DNA from: Ministeria vibrans ATCC 50519
Lineage: Eukaryota > Protista > Filasterea
Length of the DNA stretch: 64,000 nucleotides
Assembly (NCBI GenBank): GCA_943704425.1
Contig: CALSCP010001313.1
Span: 1,308 to 65,307 of the forward strand
Reading direction: 5' to 3'
In this document: piece after piece, positions 10,548 through 22,743 of the stretch
How the letters are laid out: each line of letters starts with the position of its first letter
Position numbering within the stretch: the first letter of the stretch is position 1
Program-made: the position numbers and the translations under genes
Notes under the pieces: generated by a model
What the model saw: only the letters and a program-made list of their open reading frames with translations
Told to the model about the DNA's origin: nothing
Database searches by the model: none

Positions 10548-12919
10548 TCACAAAGCGGGGCGGTTGAACAGCTGGGGAGCGGACTTGCCGGCGTAGAATT
10601 CCAGAAGAGCGCGCGCCTTGCTCTCGACGTTGGAAGTTGAGAAACCAAAGTGGTCCATGACGGCGGAGCCCTTGCCACTGGCGCCAAAGGAGTGCATGGC
10701 AATCTGCGCATGGGAGTACTTCTCCCAGCCCATGGCAACGGCCGCCTCCACGGCAAGGGTGGGCACGCCATCGGCAAACACGCTTGTCTGGTAGTCGGCG
10801 GGCTGCTGATCAAACAGCTCCATGCAAGGCATCGACACGACACGCACGCGTACGTCGGCCATGTTCTTGGCTGCCTCGACACAAAGCGAAACCTCCGAGC
10901 CTGAAGCGACCAGCACAAGCTGCGGCTCGTCCGTTGTCGCCACGAGGGTGTAGGCGCCCTTGAAAACACCGTCGATGCTGGTACCGGCAAGGTGAGGCAG
11001 GTTTTGGCGCGAGAAGCAGAGCACGGAAGGCACGGAGGGGCTCTCGAGGGCGACGGCGTACGCGCCACTCACCTCGTTTCCGTCGCAGGGACGCAAGAGC
11101 AGCATGTTGGGCATAGCACGGACGAGAGCAAGCGACTCGATAGGCTGATGAGTGGGGCCGTCCTCGCCGAGGCCAATGGAGTCGTGGGTCATGACGTAGA
11201 GCACACGGAAGCGCGACAGGGCCGACAAACGCATGGCACCCAGTGCATAGCCAATGAAGTTGAGGAAGGTGGCGCAGTAGGGTACAAAGGCACCGTAGGC
11301 AGTGAGGCCGTTGCAGACGGCAGCCATGGCATGCTCACGTACCCCAAAGTGGAAGTAGCGGCCGTCGCGGGTGTTTGGCTGGAAGCTGTGCGAGCACTTG
11401 AGCCAGGTGAGCGTCGACGGGGTCAAGTCGGCACTGCCGCCGACGAGCTCGGGCATGCGTGGCGCAATCGCATTCAGCACGCCCTCCGACAGCTTGCGCG
11501 TCGCCATGGGTGCGTCCGACGGTGAGAACGTTGGCAGTGCCGCGCGCCAGTCGGACGGAAGTTCGCCTCGGAAGCGGCGTTCGAGCTCGGCAGCGTCGCT
11601 TGCATGCGCAGCCTTGTACCCTGCGAATTTGGTCTTCCACTCGTCGTGTGCCGCACGTCCTACACGTCCAAAGAAAGCACAATGAGTATATAAATGTATT
11701 TGATTAATTGGAGAGAGAGAGGGGCAAGAAGAGCGGTTGGGTACCCTTTGCAGCGACCGTCTTGAAGGCAGCGGCGACCTCGTCGGGAATGGCAAAGGAC
11801 GCACTCGCGTCCATGCCAAATTTGGTCTTGAGCTGCGCAATGTCGTCAGCCTTGAGTGGCGCACCGTGCACACCGGCGGTGTTCTCATTGAGCGACCCGT
11901 AGCCAATGATGGTCTTGACCGAGATGAACGAGGGGCGGTCCGTCACCGCCTTGGCCTCGTCGATGGCCGCGGCAATAGCCGCCAGGTCCGTGTTGCCATT
12001 GGCCACGGTGATCGTGTGCCAGCCGTAAGATGCATAGCGAGCAGCAACGTCCTCTGTAAAGCTCAGGTCGGTTGCACCGTCAATGGTAATCTTGTTGTCG
12101 TCGTACAGCACAATGAGACGCCCCAACTTGAGGTGGCCCGCCAGCGACGCCGCCTCCAGCGCCACGCCCTCCTGGTTGCAGCCATCGCCCATGATCACAA
12201 ACGTGTAGTTGTTAAACAGCTCAAAGCCGTCGCGATTGAAGGTCGCCGCAAGATGCTCTTGGGCACAGGCAAGACCAACAGCATTCGCAAAACCTAAGTC
12301 ACAAACAAACAAAGAGAAAAAAAAAAGAAGAAAAAAAAAAACGGAGCGCTCGTGTGAGATTTGTCGCATCTGGTTCGTATTGACATTCGATGGAGGAGAC
12401 CTTGGCCAAGGGGACCGGTTGTCACCTCAACACCTGGGGTGTGGTGAACCTCGGGATGGCCCGGGGTGCTGCAGGAGAGGAGAGAGAAGGAATGAAAGAC
12501 AATTCGCTGGATGACTTTGGTTTTACCGGCTGCCAAGCTTGCGGAAGTTACGCAGGTCGTCGAGCGACAGGTCGTAGCCGGTGAGATGGAGCATGGTGTA
12601 CTGCAGGGCGCAGGCATGGCCATTCGACAAGACGAAACGGTCGCGATTCCACTGAAAGAAAAACGATCAATTTTATGCAACTGCAACACACACACACACA
12701 CACACACACACATCTTGGGGTAGGGCACACTACAACACATACCCAGTGTGGGTCGGACGAGTCGTAGCGCATGGCGTGGGCCCAGAGGACGTACGCCATG
12801 GGCGCACAGCCGATGGGCGCACCGGGATGGCCCGAGCTGGCCGCCGACGGCTGATCGGCCGAAAGGCAACGGATCGTGTCGACGCACTTGGCGCTCAACG
12901 CATCGAATTCAGTAGACAT
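10548..12919 (-). CDS. TKT: Transketolase, multi-exon
   Basis: [40 protein letters not shown] (TPP motif), [23 protein letters not shown]. Confidence 0.96.
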
Positions 12920-13249
12920 TTTTTGTTTCTTCTCGCGGGACATGCAGTAATAAAAATGAATAAAATGATTAATGATTAATGGATAATAATTTCGTTTCGA
13001 AAAAGGACAAAGCTGTATTGTCAATGGAAAGGTTTTGAACTTGGACTTCATGTCGAGTGGGAGTGGGGAGTCGAGTGGGAGTGGGGGGTCGTCGAGGGTA
13101 AAGTATCGTGCTGTTGCGACGATAACTCGTACTCCTACCACCACTGCTCCTGCCACCACCATGACGCTCCTGCGTGGCCCACCTCAAACTGCGGGATACC
13201 GTACTCTCATGGAGGATATTGACAACACCGCATCGCGCGCGCAGGAGAA

Positions 13250-13532
13250 GACTGGGGAGGACATGTCGTGATGTAAAGCCCAAGACAAGACTGGGGAGGA
13301 CATGTCGTGATGTAAAGCCCAAGACAAGACTGGGGAGGACATGTCGTGATGTAAAGCCCAAGACAAGACTGGGGAGGACATGTCGTGNNNNNNNAAGCCC
13401 AAGACAAGACTGGGGAGGACATGTCGTGATGTAAAGCCCAAGACAAGACTGGGGAGGACATGTCGTGATGAAAAGCCCAAGACAAGACTGGGGAGGACAT
13501 GTCGCTGGGGACTTGATGTAAAGCCCAAGACA
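13250..13532. repeat. Tandem repeat, 39-bp unit GACTGGGGAGGACATGTCGTGATGTAAAGCCCAAGACAA, about 7 copies, interrupted by an N gap
   Basis: Near-identical head-to-tail units without spacers; gap at 13388-13394, so the true copy number is unknown. Confidence 0.92.
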
Positions 13533-14475
13533 ACGATGAACGATCAAAACGTGCACATAACGCAGGATCCCTTCACTTTTGAGCGTTTGAGCACCTCTTC
13601 TCCATCGACATGTCGCGTGGTGCCCCGATGTTGGGTTACGATGCAATCTGTTGAAGTGAGAAAAAAAAAAAAAAAAAAAGACATGTGAGATGACTTTTGT
13701 TCAGTATGAATCCTTAAAAAATGGCAGAAACACGGAGAACAGACATCCAGATGAGAAAACTCATCGTCGATATGGGCTCTATTTTGACCGCCAATGATCA
13801 CGGGAGAAGAGAACAAGGCGGCTTCGATAAGGCCGAGGAGGGGCAGATGGGAAGAGAGCACGTTTGTCGTCGGGAGAGCTCTTACCATGCGGGAAGGGAC
13901 ACGCCTGTCGGTCGCGCTGCACGTGGCGATTGCCCTCACCACACAGACGGTGCAGGGAGCGCACGAGACAGGCAGGAGGAGCAGCGAGAAAGACAGATGA
14001 GCATTCGCGTCCGTCAACGTGCTATCTGCTCATCTGTGATCTGGATCAATGACACGGCGTCGATGATAACTGTACGGTGCGGAGGTCACACGCACTGCGA
14101 GATCAAAGAAAGACTAAAAGATTAAAGAATAAAGAGAGTAAAAATAAAATAAATAAAATAAATATTTTTCGTCGTTCCCCCGGTCGTTTCATCACCAAAC
14201 ATAACCGGGACCAGAACGAACCGTAAGCAGAATCGACGAAGTCGAGAGAGACAAACCCTTTTTTTTTGGATTGCCTCTTTTTCAAAAAAAAAAAAAAAAC
14301 AAAGAAAAAACCCGACCCTACCGAAGGAAGGAGAGGGTTTAGACACGCGCTATGTTCCTCAATGTTCATCGGCTGATCTGTCTCTTGTTCTTTCGCTGAT
14401 TAGCCCTTTTCAAAGCGATTTTCTCAGCGGCAAGCCCAACCTTTGGTCGACGAAACATTGAGAAAGTGACACAAA

Positions 14476-15401
14476 ATGGATCTGGAACACGTTGTGCCCA
14501 CCGAGTCTACATTCACTGTGGACACCTTCCTCTCTTGGCTTGAATGCGACGACGCGAATCCAAGCCAGACGCGCTGTGCGCTCTCCAGCTCACCAGCGTC
14601 CACTCTGAGCTGCGACTCGGACGATGAATTGGCCCTTGTCGATTTCATTCCCCTGAGTCCCTCCTCGTCTCTGGACGACCTCCACGACACCATGGCCCTC
14701 GAGCAACACGCTGCGGCCCTGGCGGCCGCCGTGGGTGTCACCACACATTGCGACAACACCACTACCACCTCCAACTTCTCCGACATTTTGAACTTGATCG
14801 ACGCTCATACGCCTTCACCACACACCGAACCCGCAGCGACCCTCTTCTCGCCCATCTCCGAAGAGTACTTTCAGAGCGTTCTTGGCTCTATCACCAGCGG
14901 CAGCGGCAGCGAAGATGACGACGACTACGACAATGCCTCCCCCAGCAGTGTGTCGGGTGCCCCAGTCAAACACAAGGGCCCTTCGTCCTTCTCAGTGCCG
15001 TCGCCCATCCGTCAGCGCGCGCGTCATCGCCAGCAGCGACAGAAGCAGCACTCTGTGTCGCTCGACAAGCCGTTTGTCTGCGAGCACCAAGGCTGTGATA
15101 AGCGCTACGGAAAGGTAAAGATGTTTGTGTGTTTATTACTTTACTTATACTCTTGTTAACATGGGTCTGTGTGCAGCGATCACACCTGATTGCGCACATG
15201 CGGTCACACACGGGGGAACAGCCGTACGCGTGTCCGTACGTGGGCTGTGGACTGCGCTTCATGCGCTCCGACCAGCTCACACGCCACCGTCGCGCCCACT
15301 CGGGCGCCCTTCCCTTCCAGTGCCTTCACTGCGACCGTCGCTTCTCCCGCGCCGACCACCGCTCTTCCCACATCTTCCATATCCACTCTAAGCGCGATTG
15401 A
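14476..15401 (+). CDS. KLF/SP-type triple C2H2 zinc-finger transcription factor (2 exons)
   Basis: [12 protein letters not shown]|[61 protein letters not shown]; acidic Ser-rich N-terminus. Confidence 0.85.
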
Positions 15402-15497
15402 TTGTCCGATTTTTGTTTCTTTTTTGTTTTGAGGAGAATCAACACGTAAATGAAAAGAAAATGATTATAATACTACATGAATTATAAACAAAGCAGA

Positions 15498-17676
15498 TCA
15501 GGAGGTAAAGGCAAAGGCCTGATCCCAACTGGATGCACTGCTGGCAATGGAGAGATCACGAGTGGGCACATGAAACGGCATGTTAGTTGCAAGGACTGTA
15601 CCGTGTGCAGGGTAGGTGTCGGACGTGTGCTCAGGAGCGATTTCAGGCTTGTGCTCAGAAGCAACTTCAGGCTTGTGCTCCGGGACAATGTCTGCCGTGT
15701 GCGTAGGGTAGGTGTCTGGCTTGTGCTCAGAGGCAGTGTCTGGATTTTGCTCAGGGATAGTGTCTGCTGTGGGCTCAAGTGCAGTGTATGTCGTGTGCTC
15801 TGTCATACCCTCGCTTGGCTCACTTGGCCCTGTGATGGCACGCAAAGCTTCATCGAGAGCACGTCGGCGGGCTTCGGCAATGGCGTCAACACGATAGATG
15901 TAGGGCTCGTTGGGATTGGCACACTCAGCCAGACACCCACACACATGGTCGTGGCAGCCTATGCCGTCGCGAAAGCACTCGCACGTCTCCGCACGACACT
16001 CCATCCGCCGCCCCTTTGCATCACGTTCTTCCTTGCACGAACACCCGCACTCTAGTCGATCTCGTCGGAGGTGCTCCAGTTCCATTTCTAGACGCGAAGA
16101 TTGCACAGCACAACGTCTAATTGTTTAGAACAAAAAAATCGGCCTTGAATATGGCACGTACTCTCCCACTTGCGAGCTTCGTTGACGTTGGCCACACTGC
16201 TAGGTTGTGTTGCAGAGACAGAGCGTCGCAGCAGACGCCGTCGAGCATCCTCAGACAACTACGTATGCACACAAAATGTCAAAAAAAAAAATAACAAACA
16301 AATAAAGAGGAAACTGTGCAATCTATACGAACCTTGACGGGCTTTCCCGGACGGAGGTCTGTTTCGCGCTGATACTCGTCAATCGAGGCATACACATGAC
16401 ATGTCTTGGTGGTCCACTGACGCTGCCAGCCCAGCCCGAGGACACTCGCGCCCGCAGAAGGAACTCCAAGCGAGCCCTACCGCGCGTGTGGATACGCGAG
16501 ATGGGTAGATAAATAGATAGATAGATAATATATAGATAGATAGATAGAGAGAGAGAGAGAAAGAGAGAAAGAGAGGGAGAGAGAATGAGAGAGGCAGAGG
16601 CAGAGACAGAGACAGAGACAGAGACAGGAAGGAGAAAAAAACAAAGTAATAGATAGAGAGAGAGTGAGTGTGAGAGTGTGTGTGTGTGAGTGAGTGTTCA
16701 AAGTGCTTCAAGTGCTTCGGGTGTGAAGTGTGTATGTATATATGTGTGTTATACCGATGGCTCACGAGGATAGAGTCGCTCTTCCACTTGCGAAAACGCA
16801 ACGTGCTGAAGAAGAGCGTAAGCAAAATGAACATAAAAAAGACGAATGCTATGAGAGATACCTTCGAGGGGTGCTGCATGGCAGGTTCGCTTGAGCAGCG
16901 CAGGATAGAGGGAGGAGTAGCATTGGGGAGGGACGGGCTGGCAGCCGTGACCACGACCGTAGAAGCTGAGGATGCAAGAGAATCCTCGTCGGCGCTGGCG
17001 GTGGCTGTGGGCGGGGTCTCAGTGGGTGTCGGCAGAAGAAAATGAACATCACTGGTGATTTGAGTGCGACGGATAGCAGGCACAGCAGATGGAGCAGGAG
17101 CAAAAGGAGCAAAGGTATCCATGTGGACGTGAGAGGCAGGAGCGGACGGCGCAGGGGACGGTCGTGCACGCACAGCAGATGCCTTTTTGCGTGCCCGAGG
17201 AGGCGGACTGGAAGGTGGGCGGCGTACATGTACACGCGCTCGTGATGGCGCACGCACTGCCCTGCTGGGCTGATAGTCGCTGTCGTCAGCTGCAATCGCC
17301 ACACTATTGTCACTCTGCTCCCCTTCCGACAATGTTCCGGACACCACATAGTCCGATGAGATCTACAAGGCGGAGGAAGTAAGTAACAAAAATGAGAAGG
17401 AAAAAAAAAAGAGTAGGTGAGAGAGACACAAAAACACAAAAAAAGAAAAAGTATATAGGTAGGTTTTCAGTTGATACGTTTCGAGGTAGTCTGCGACGAG
17501 AGGGAGCGGCAGAACGAACTTGGTCAGGCACGACAAGGGCAGAAGATGATGAGGTAGTCGAATGCTAAGTAAGACAGACGGGCAGAGAATTAGAGACAGA
17601 AAGAAAGAAAGGCGGAAGTAAGAAACAAACAGAGAGGAAGGTGGATAAGCGACAGTGAAAAGAAAAAACAAAGTAG

Positions 17677-17769
<93 letters not shown>

Positions 17770-19564
17770 GGAGAAAGAAACGAAGTGATAGAGAGAGAAA
17801 CAGAGAGAAACAAAGTGATAGAGAGAGAGAGAAAGAGAGAGAGAGAAAGAAAAGAGAAACAAAGTGATAGAGAGAGAAGGGAGTAAGAAACAAAGTGATA
17901 GAGAGAGAGAAAGAGAGAAAGAGAGAGAGAGAGTGTGTGTGTGTGTGTCTGTTTGTGTGAGGTGCATGATTAAAGCAATAAACAAGAGCGCTTACGAGTC
18001 GTCTGGAGCGACCACTGGGCGGAAGAGAAATGTCGGTGACGGAGGGCTGAGATTCGGGCATGGGACGACGGGAGATGATCGAGTCGGGCTGGAGAGTGAA
18101 ACGAGTGAGTGTAAAGAGACCTGGGTGAAATTGTTGCGTGCGTGGGAAAAGGGTACGTTGGTAGAACGGGGACGTCGAGTAGCGGGAAGCTGAGAAGCAA
18201 GGTGCTGCAAGTGATGAAGGAACAGTGAGACAATGAGAAGAAGACATAAATAGACGGGGAGGAGAGTCACATACCATGGAACGGGTGCGAGGCGACGGGG
18301 GCTCGGCAGACACCTACGGGAAAATAGGATGATCAACAACAACGGGTGGCAATGGTACATGCGTACTGTTGAACGACGGCGCGACGGCGGTGAGGAAGGC
18401 GGGGGCGACGGAGCAGTCTACAGAAATCGAAAAATAAATAGGGGAAAGAGAGTGAAAAATTTGGGAGTACGGGGACGAGCGAGCGAGAACGGGCGATGGG
18501 TGACAGAGGGCCGGGAGAGGCACGCGAACGGGAGCGTGTGACCGGAGACTGGGGCATGTTCATGGGGCGCTTGGCGTCACGTTCGGGCGACGCCGGTTCA
18601 CTACAACTCATGCCGATCTATAGAGAACGGGAGCGTTTCAACATACACCGAGTTAGCAAAAGAAGAAAACACAACGATACCACATCGTTGGAAACATTGA
18701 CTTTCACAGGCAACACCTATTCAAGAGAGCACGAACAAAATCAATGGAACATGTAAAAAAAATTATGCCCAGAAAGATTACGTCCATGGGAACGGGCGAC
18801 TCGCTCCGCCTGGTGTCGACCCCTTCCATGGGCTCTGCAGTACTCGAAGATTCCTCTCGGGCCAGCCGCTCACGCTCATTCGCCATTTTCAGCTCAGCCT
18901 GTGTGAATAATGTGCAATGATGGGTGAAAGCCTGTTTGTTTCAAAATGTTGCGTGGTGAATGCAATACGTTGAATCTTCGCGTCCTGGGCGACTGCGGCA
19001 CCAGCTCGGAGCCCTACAGAATAATAGAGAGAATGTCGAGATTGTTTAAGCCATAGGGAAGGCAAAGGGCGCTTGAAAAGACGTACATGGCGTGGTCGTT
19101 TCGGGGGCGATGGGTCAGTCTGCATTGCATGGTCGACGCACAAACAATGCAAAGCGCAAACCGAAGTTGATGTACATACGGTCTACACGCTCTACCAGTC
19201 TTACCTCCACCTCGGACACATTGACCGACAACATTGTGTGCCTATTTTCCTCCGGTAAAGCCCGTTTGGGCGACTACTCCGTACACAAGAACAAGAAAAA
19301 AAAAAAAAAAAGGAAAATTCAAACGCAAAGAGTAAGTCAAGTGGAGTGCCACAACGGACGACACAATGCTCGAGGCCGCCTCAAATGCATGCTTACATTG
19401 GATTGGTCAGCCGGCGGCGGGAAGGCGGGCCCAGGCAGCGGCTTGGGACAGGGCACGGCGTCTGAGCTGCGAAAGAGTGTCGTTCGTGTCGCGCCGACCT
19501 TGTTGCACCGCAACGGCACCACGGGCGACGTCAACGTGGGCGAGTCGAAAGCGAAGGGGTCCAT
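15498..19564 (-). CDS. CSRNP (Axud1)-like cysteine/serine-rich nuclear protein, many small exons
   Basis: PPSILR..HVAFSQVEERLYPR; ARRRLLRRS; ELEHLRRDRLECGCSC..CRAETCECFRDGIGC..CGC..CANP, matching the CSRNP Cys cluster; 5' exons chained by hand through phase-0 GT-AG introns up to ATG 19564. Confidence 0.7.
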
Positions 19565-19752
19565 TCGTACAGACCAACGGCGAAGGATCAATAATAATTA
19601 ATAGTTTAACAGTCAACTGAGTCAAGTCAGTGAAGTCACATCATTCGAACTGGCGATCATCTATCAAGTTATGTTATCGACTATGAGACCTGAGTCTCTG
19701 ACTGACTGACTCTCACTTCTTTCTTTCCTTATTTTGCTACTTCTTTCAGCCA

Positions 19753-20091
19753 ATGTCGGAAGCGTGGCCCACCAACGTGCATCAGGAAGGGCGTCTTCTG
19801 GACGTGGTCACTGACGAGTGGCGACGCGAAAAACTCCCAAAGGACAGTACGACTTTTCAAACTCTAAATTGTCTCTCATTCCGCTTCTCTGTGCGGCTAT
19901 TAGACATTGCGCTGAAGGAGGAGCACATTATTCCTGTTGCCGACGATAACATGGATGCGTCTCGTACGTAATCCTCTCAAATGGAACAACGCTTTGCGTT
20001 TCAAACGATTATTGTGTCTTTAGAACTTGAACCAGCGAAACAAGAGAAATTGTGGAAGGACTACCAGCTGAGTCTGCTTCTGCGACTGTAG
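19753..20091 (+). CDS. ANAPC13: Anaphase-promoting complex subunit 13 (3 exons)
   Basis: VHQEGRLLDVVTDEWRREKLP..QEKLWKDYQL resembles the APC13 pattern GRILDLIDDAW..KLP / E.KW.DL.L; about 74 aa. Confidence 0.8.
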
Positions 20092-20177
20092 CGTACGGCA
20101 GTGCGCCCTGTTCTATGTACAGTGTTTTGTATTTTCACAATCTCCTCATTCTGAGTCGGTCAGTCACACAATCCGCT

Positions 20178-22560
20178 TCATTTTTTATCCTTCTCAATGA
20201 CAACGTATCGCACGAGCCCCTTGCCGCGCACCTCCTTGATTCGATGCAAATGACGCAGCACAGTGATCGCGGAACGCCCCGTCGAGTCCAGCCGTACTCC
20301 CACCGTCCGCAAGTTCTCCTCCACAACAAACAGGCATCCTACCAGGAGGGAGAAGCAACAAAGTGATAAGAGAGAGTTTAAGAGAGAGAGAGAGACAAAG
20401 TGATAGAGTGACAAAGTGATACAGTGACAAAGTGATACAGTGACAAAGTGATAGAGAGACAAAGTGATACAGTGACAAAGTGATACAGTGACAAAGTGAT
20501 AGAGAGACAAAGTGATAACAGTGACAAAGTGATAGAGAGACAAAGTGATAGAGAGACAAAGTGATAGAGAGACAAAGTGATACAGTGACAAAGTGATACA
20601 GTGACAAAGTGATAGAGAGACAAAGTGATAGAGAGACAAAGTGATAGAGAGACAAAGTGATACAGTGACAAAGTGACAAAGTGATGAGAGACAAAGTGAT
20701 AACAGTGACAAAGTGATAGAGAGACAAAGTGATAGAGAGACAAAGTGATAGAGAGACAAAGTGATACAGTGACAAAGTGATACAGTGACAAAGTGATAGA
20801 GAGACAAAGTGATAGAGAGACAAAGTGATAGAGAGACAAAGTGATACAGTGACAAAGTGACAAAGTGATGAGAGACAAAGTGATAACAGTGACAAAGTGA
20901 TGGGGAGAGTAGAGGAAAAGATCAAAGACGCCACGCTGGCATTGCATGTTGTGTATACCTCGGACTTCGTCGATTTCAGCATCTTTAAAGGCGCGATACT
21001 AATCATAATATTGAACAAAAAAAAACATCAAGACGGGGAAGGAAGAAGAATGAGTTGCAGTGTCCGGACCTTTTTCATTTTGGTTTCGCTCATGTGTGCG
21101 CGTGGAGTGGTCAGGATCTTCTGTTTATCGACGAGGATCTCATGGACACGGTCAATGAGAGTGTTGACGACGTCGCGCTGCAAACGACCGCGAATATACT
21201 GTGGTACTTGCGCAAACTGTGTGTTAAGAAAGTGAGAGTGAGAAGCAAAGAAAGGAATGTATATGTGTCAAACAAAGAGAAAGAGAGAATGGAGGGAGAA
21301 AAAAACAAAGCGATAGAGAGAGAGAGGAGGGAGAAAGAAACAAAGTGATAGAGAGAGAGAAAAGGAGAAAGAAACAAAGTGATAGAGAGAGAGAGAAAAG
21401 GAGAAAGAAACAAAGTGATAGAGAGAGAGAGAAAAGGAGAAAGAAACAAAGTGATAGAGAGAGAGAAAAGGAGAAAGAAACAAAGTGATAGAGAGAGAAA
21501 AGGAGAAAGAAACAAAGTGATAGAGAGAGAGAGAAAAGGAGAAAGAAACAAAGTGATAGAGAGAGAGAAAAGGAGAAAGAAACAATGAGATAGAGAGAAA
21601 GAACTTAATTACCTCATCTACGGTAACATAGTCCATTTTGACGATGGGTCGAGACACTGTGGGCCAATGAAATTATAGATCAGCAGAGCAACTGTTGTGT
21701 AGTTTGATGTCATGAGTACCTCCCAAGGCGACAGTGCGTTTGGCGCTCGTCGCCGACTTGGCCTGCTGCTTTCTTCGGCTTGAACCGTCTGTCGATGCAC
21801 TAGAGGCGTCGTTGTCTTCTGTATTTTCGTCGGGGGTCTCTGTTGACGATACGCTGCTGTTGTTTGCCTGCGCGTCCTCCGCTGCCACCATTTCGTGTGC
21901 CTCCGCCAGCGACACCCCTGGTAATTGTGCAGGCAGATCAGGCTTCATAGCCGCTGCACGAACCCCCAGAGCCTCCATTTGCGCGGCGATTTGCTCCATT
22001 TCGGCGACAGCGCGCTCCTCAGCGTCGAGTGCGGCGCGCAGTGCTGACACACTCGCTTCGATGTCACTCATCTCGCTCGATACAGTCTCTACGGCCTCGG
22101 ATAGTTCCGGAGACTCTGTAATAGGGGTGTTAGTATGCTTTAATATCATGCTTGCGCGTTCGCAAATCAGCTACAATGGCGAGGGGCGCCACAGCGAGGG
22201 CGGGGTTTTCAAAATTCGCAAACGAAAAAAGGAGATCGATTGACTCGAATTTCTAGATGAATTCCCTCAAAATATTGATGTAAAACGCTGGTACGGGAAA
22301 TAACGTTGATAAGAGTCTCAAATGAAGCAGACGAAATTCGTTGGAATGTTTCCAATATTGTTGGCGAGAGAGAGTGAGAATATTTGAAAAAATAAAAAAC
22401 GGCAATGGGATTAGAAGAAAGTTGGGGGAACACCGAGAGAACGAGGGACGCAAAGAATGGGTGAATGCGTGGGTGCGTGTTATGTACCTGCATTCTCAAC
22501 AAGAGAGAGAGTCTTGAGTTGTGAGATTCGCGAAGCAAGAGCGAAAACGATGTCGTCCAT
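20178..22560 (-). CDS. SKA1: Spindle and kinetochore-associated protein 1, multi-exon
   Basis: N-terminal coiled coil; YVTVDEFAQVPQYIRGRL; C-terminal FVVEENLR..TVLRHLHRIKEVRGKGLVRYVV (SKA1 microtubule-binding domain). Confidence 0.85.
20357..20901. repeat. Intronic minisatellite of about 16-bp ACAAAGTGATA(GAGAG/CAGTG) units with a 184-bp higher-order repeat
   Basis: Unit order C-AAA-BB-AAA-B-D recurs exactly at 20507 and 20691. Confidence 0.92.
21300..21598. repeat. Intronic tandem repeat, 30-34-bp unit (GA)n-AAAGGAGAAAGAAACAAAGTGATA
   Basis: About 8 units read directly. Confidence 0.88.
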
Positions 22561-22743
22561 GATTTGACCAGGGTTGATATGGGTGATCAAGAACAAAGAC
22601 GGGGGGGATTGAACTTCAAAGTACAAAGTAAGTTCACCAAGTCTTAGATTACTCAATAAAATTTGTGAATTAGTGGAATGTGATGTTGCACGATCATGGA
22701 ACTATGGAAGTAATTGATAATTCACACACATTTTTTGTTGATC

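Noticed and set aside
13250-13532. CRISPR array
   Set aside because: Units are head-to-tail with no unique spacers, there are no cas genes, and the context is eukaryotic.
12969-13688. ORFs with repeated peptides (TTCPPQSCLGLYI, HDMSSPVLSWAL)
   Set aside because: These are by-products of a 39-bp (3n) repeat open in several frames on both strands; there is no independent coding evidence.
20178-21018. Long Cys/His-rich ORFs (SLYHFVTVSLCHCITL...)
   Set aside because: Translations of the intronic minisatellite; only the last about 58 codons of 20178-20855 are the SKA1 exon.
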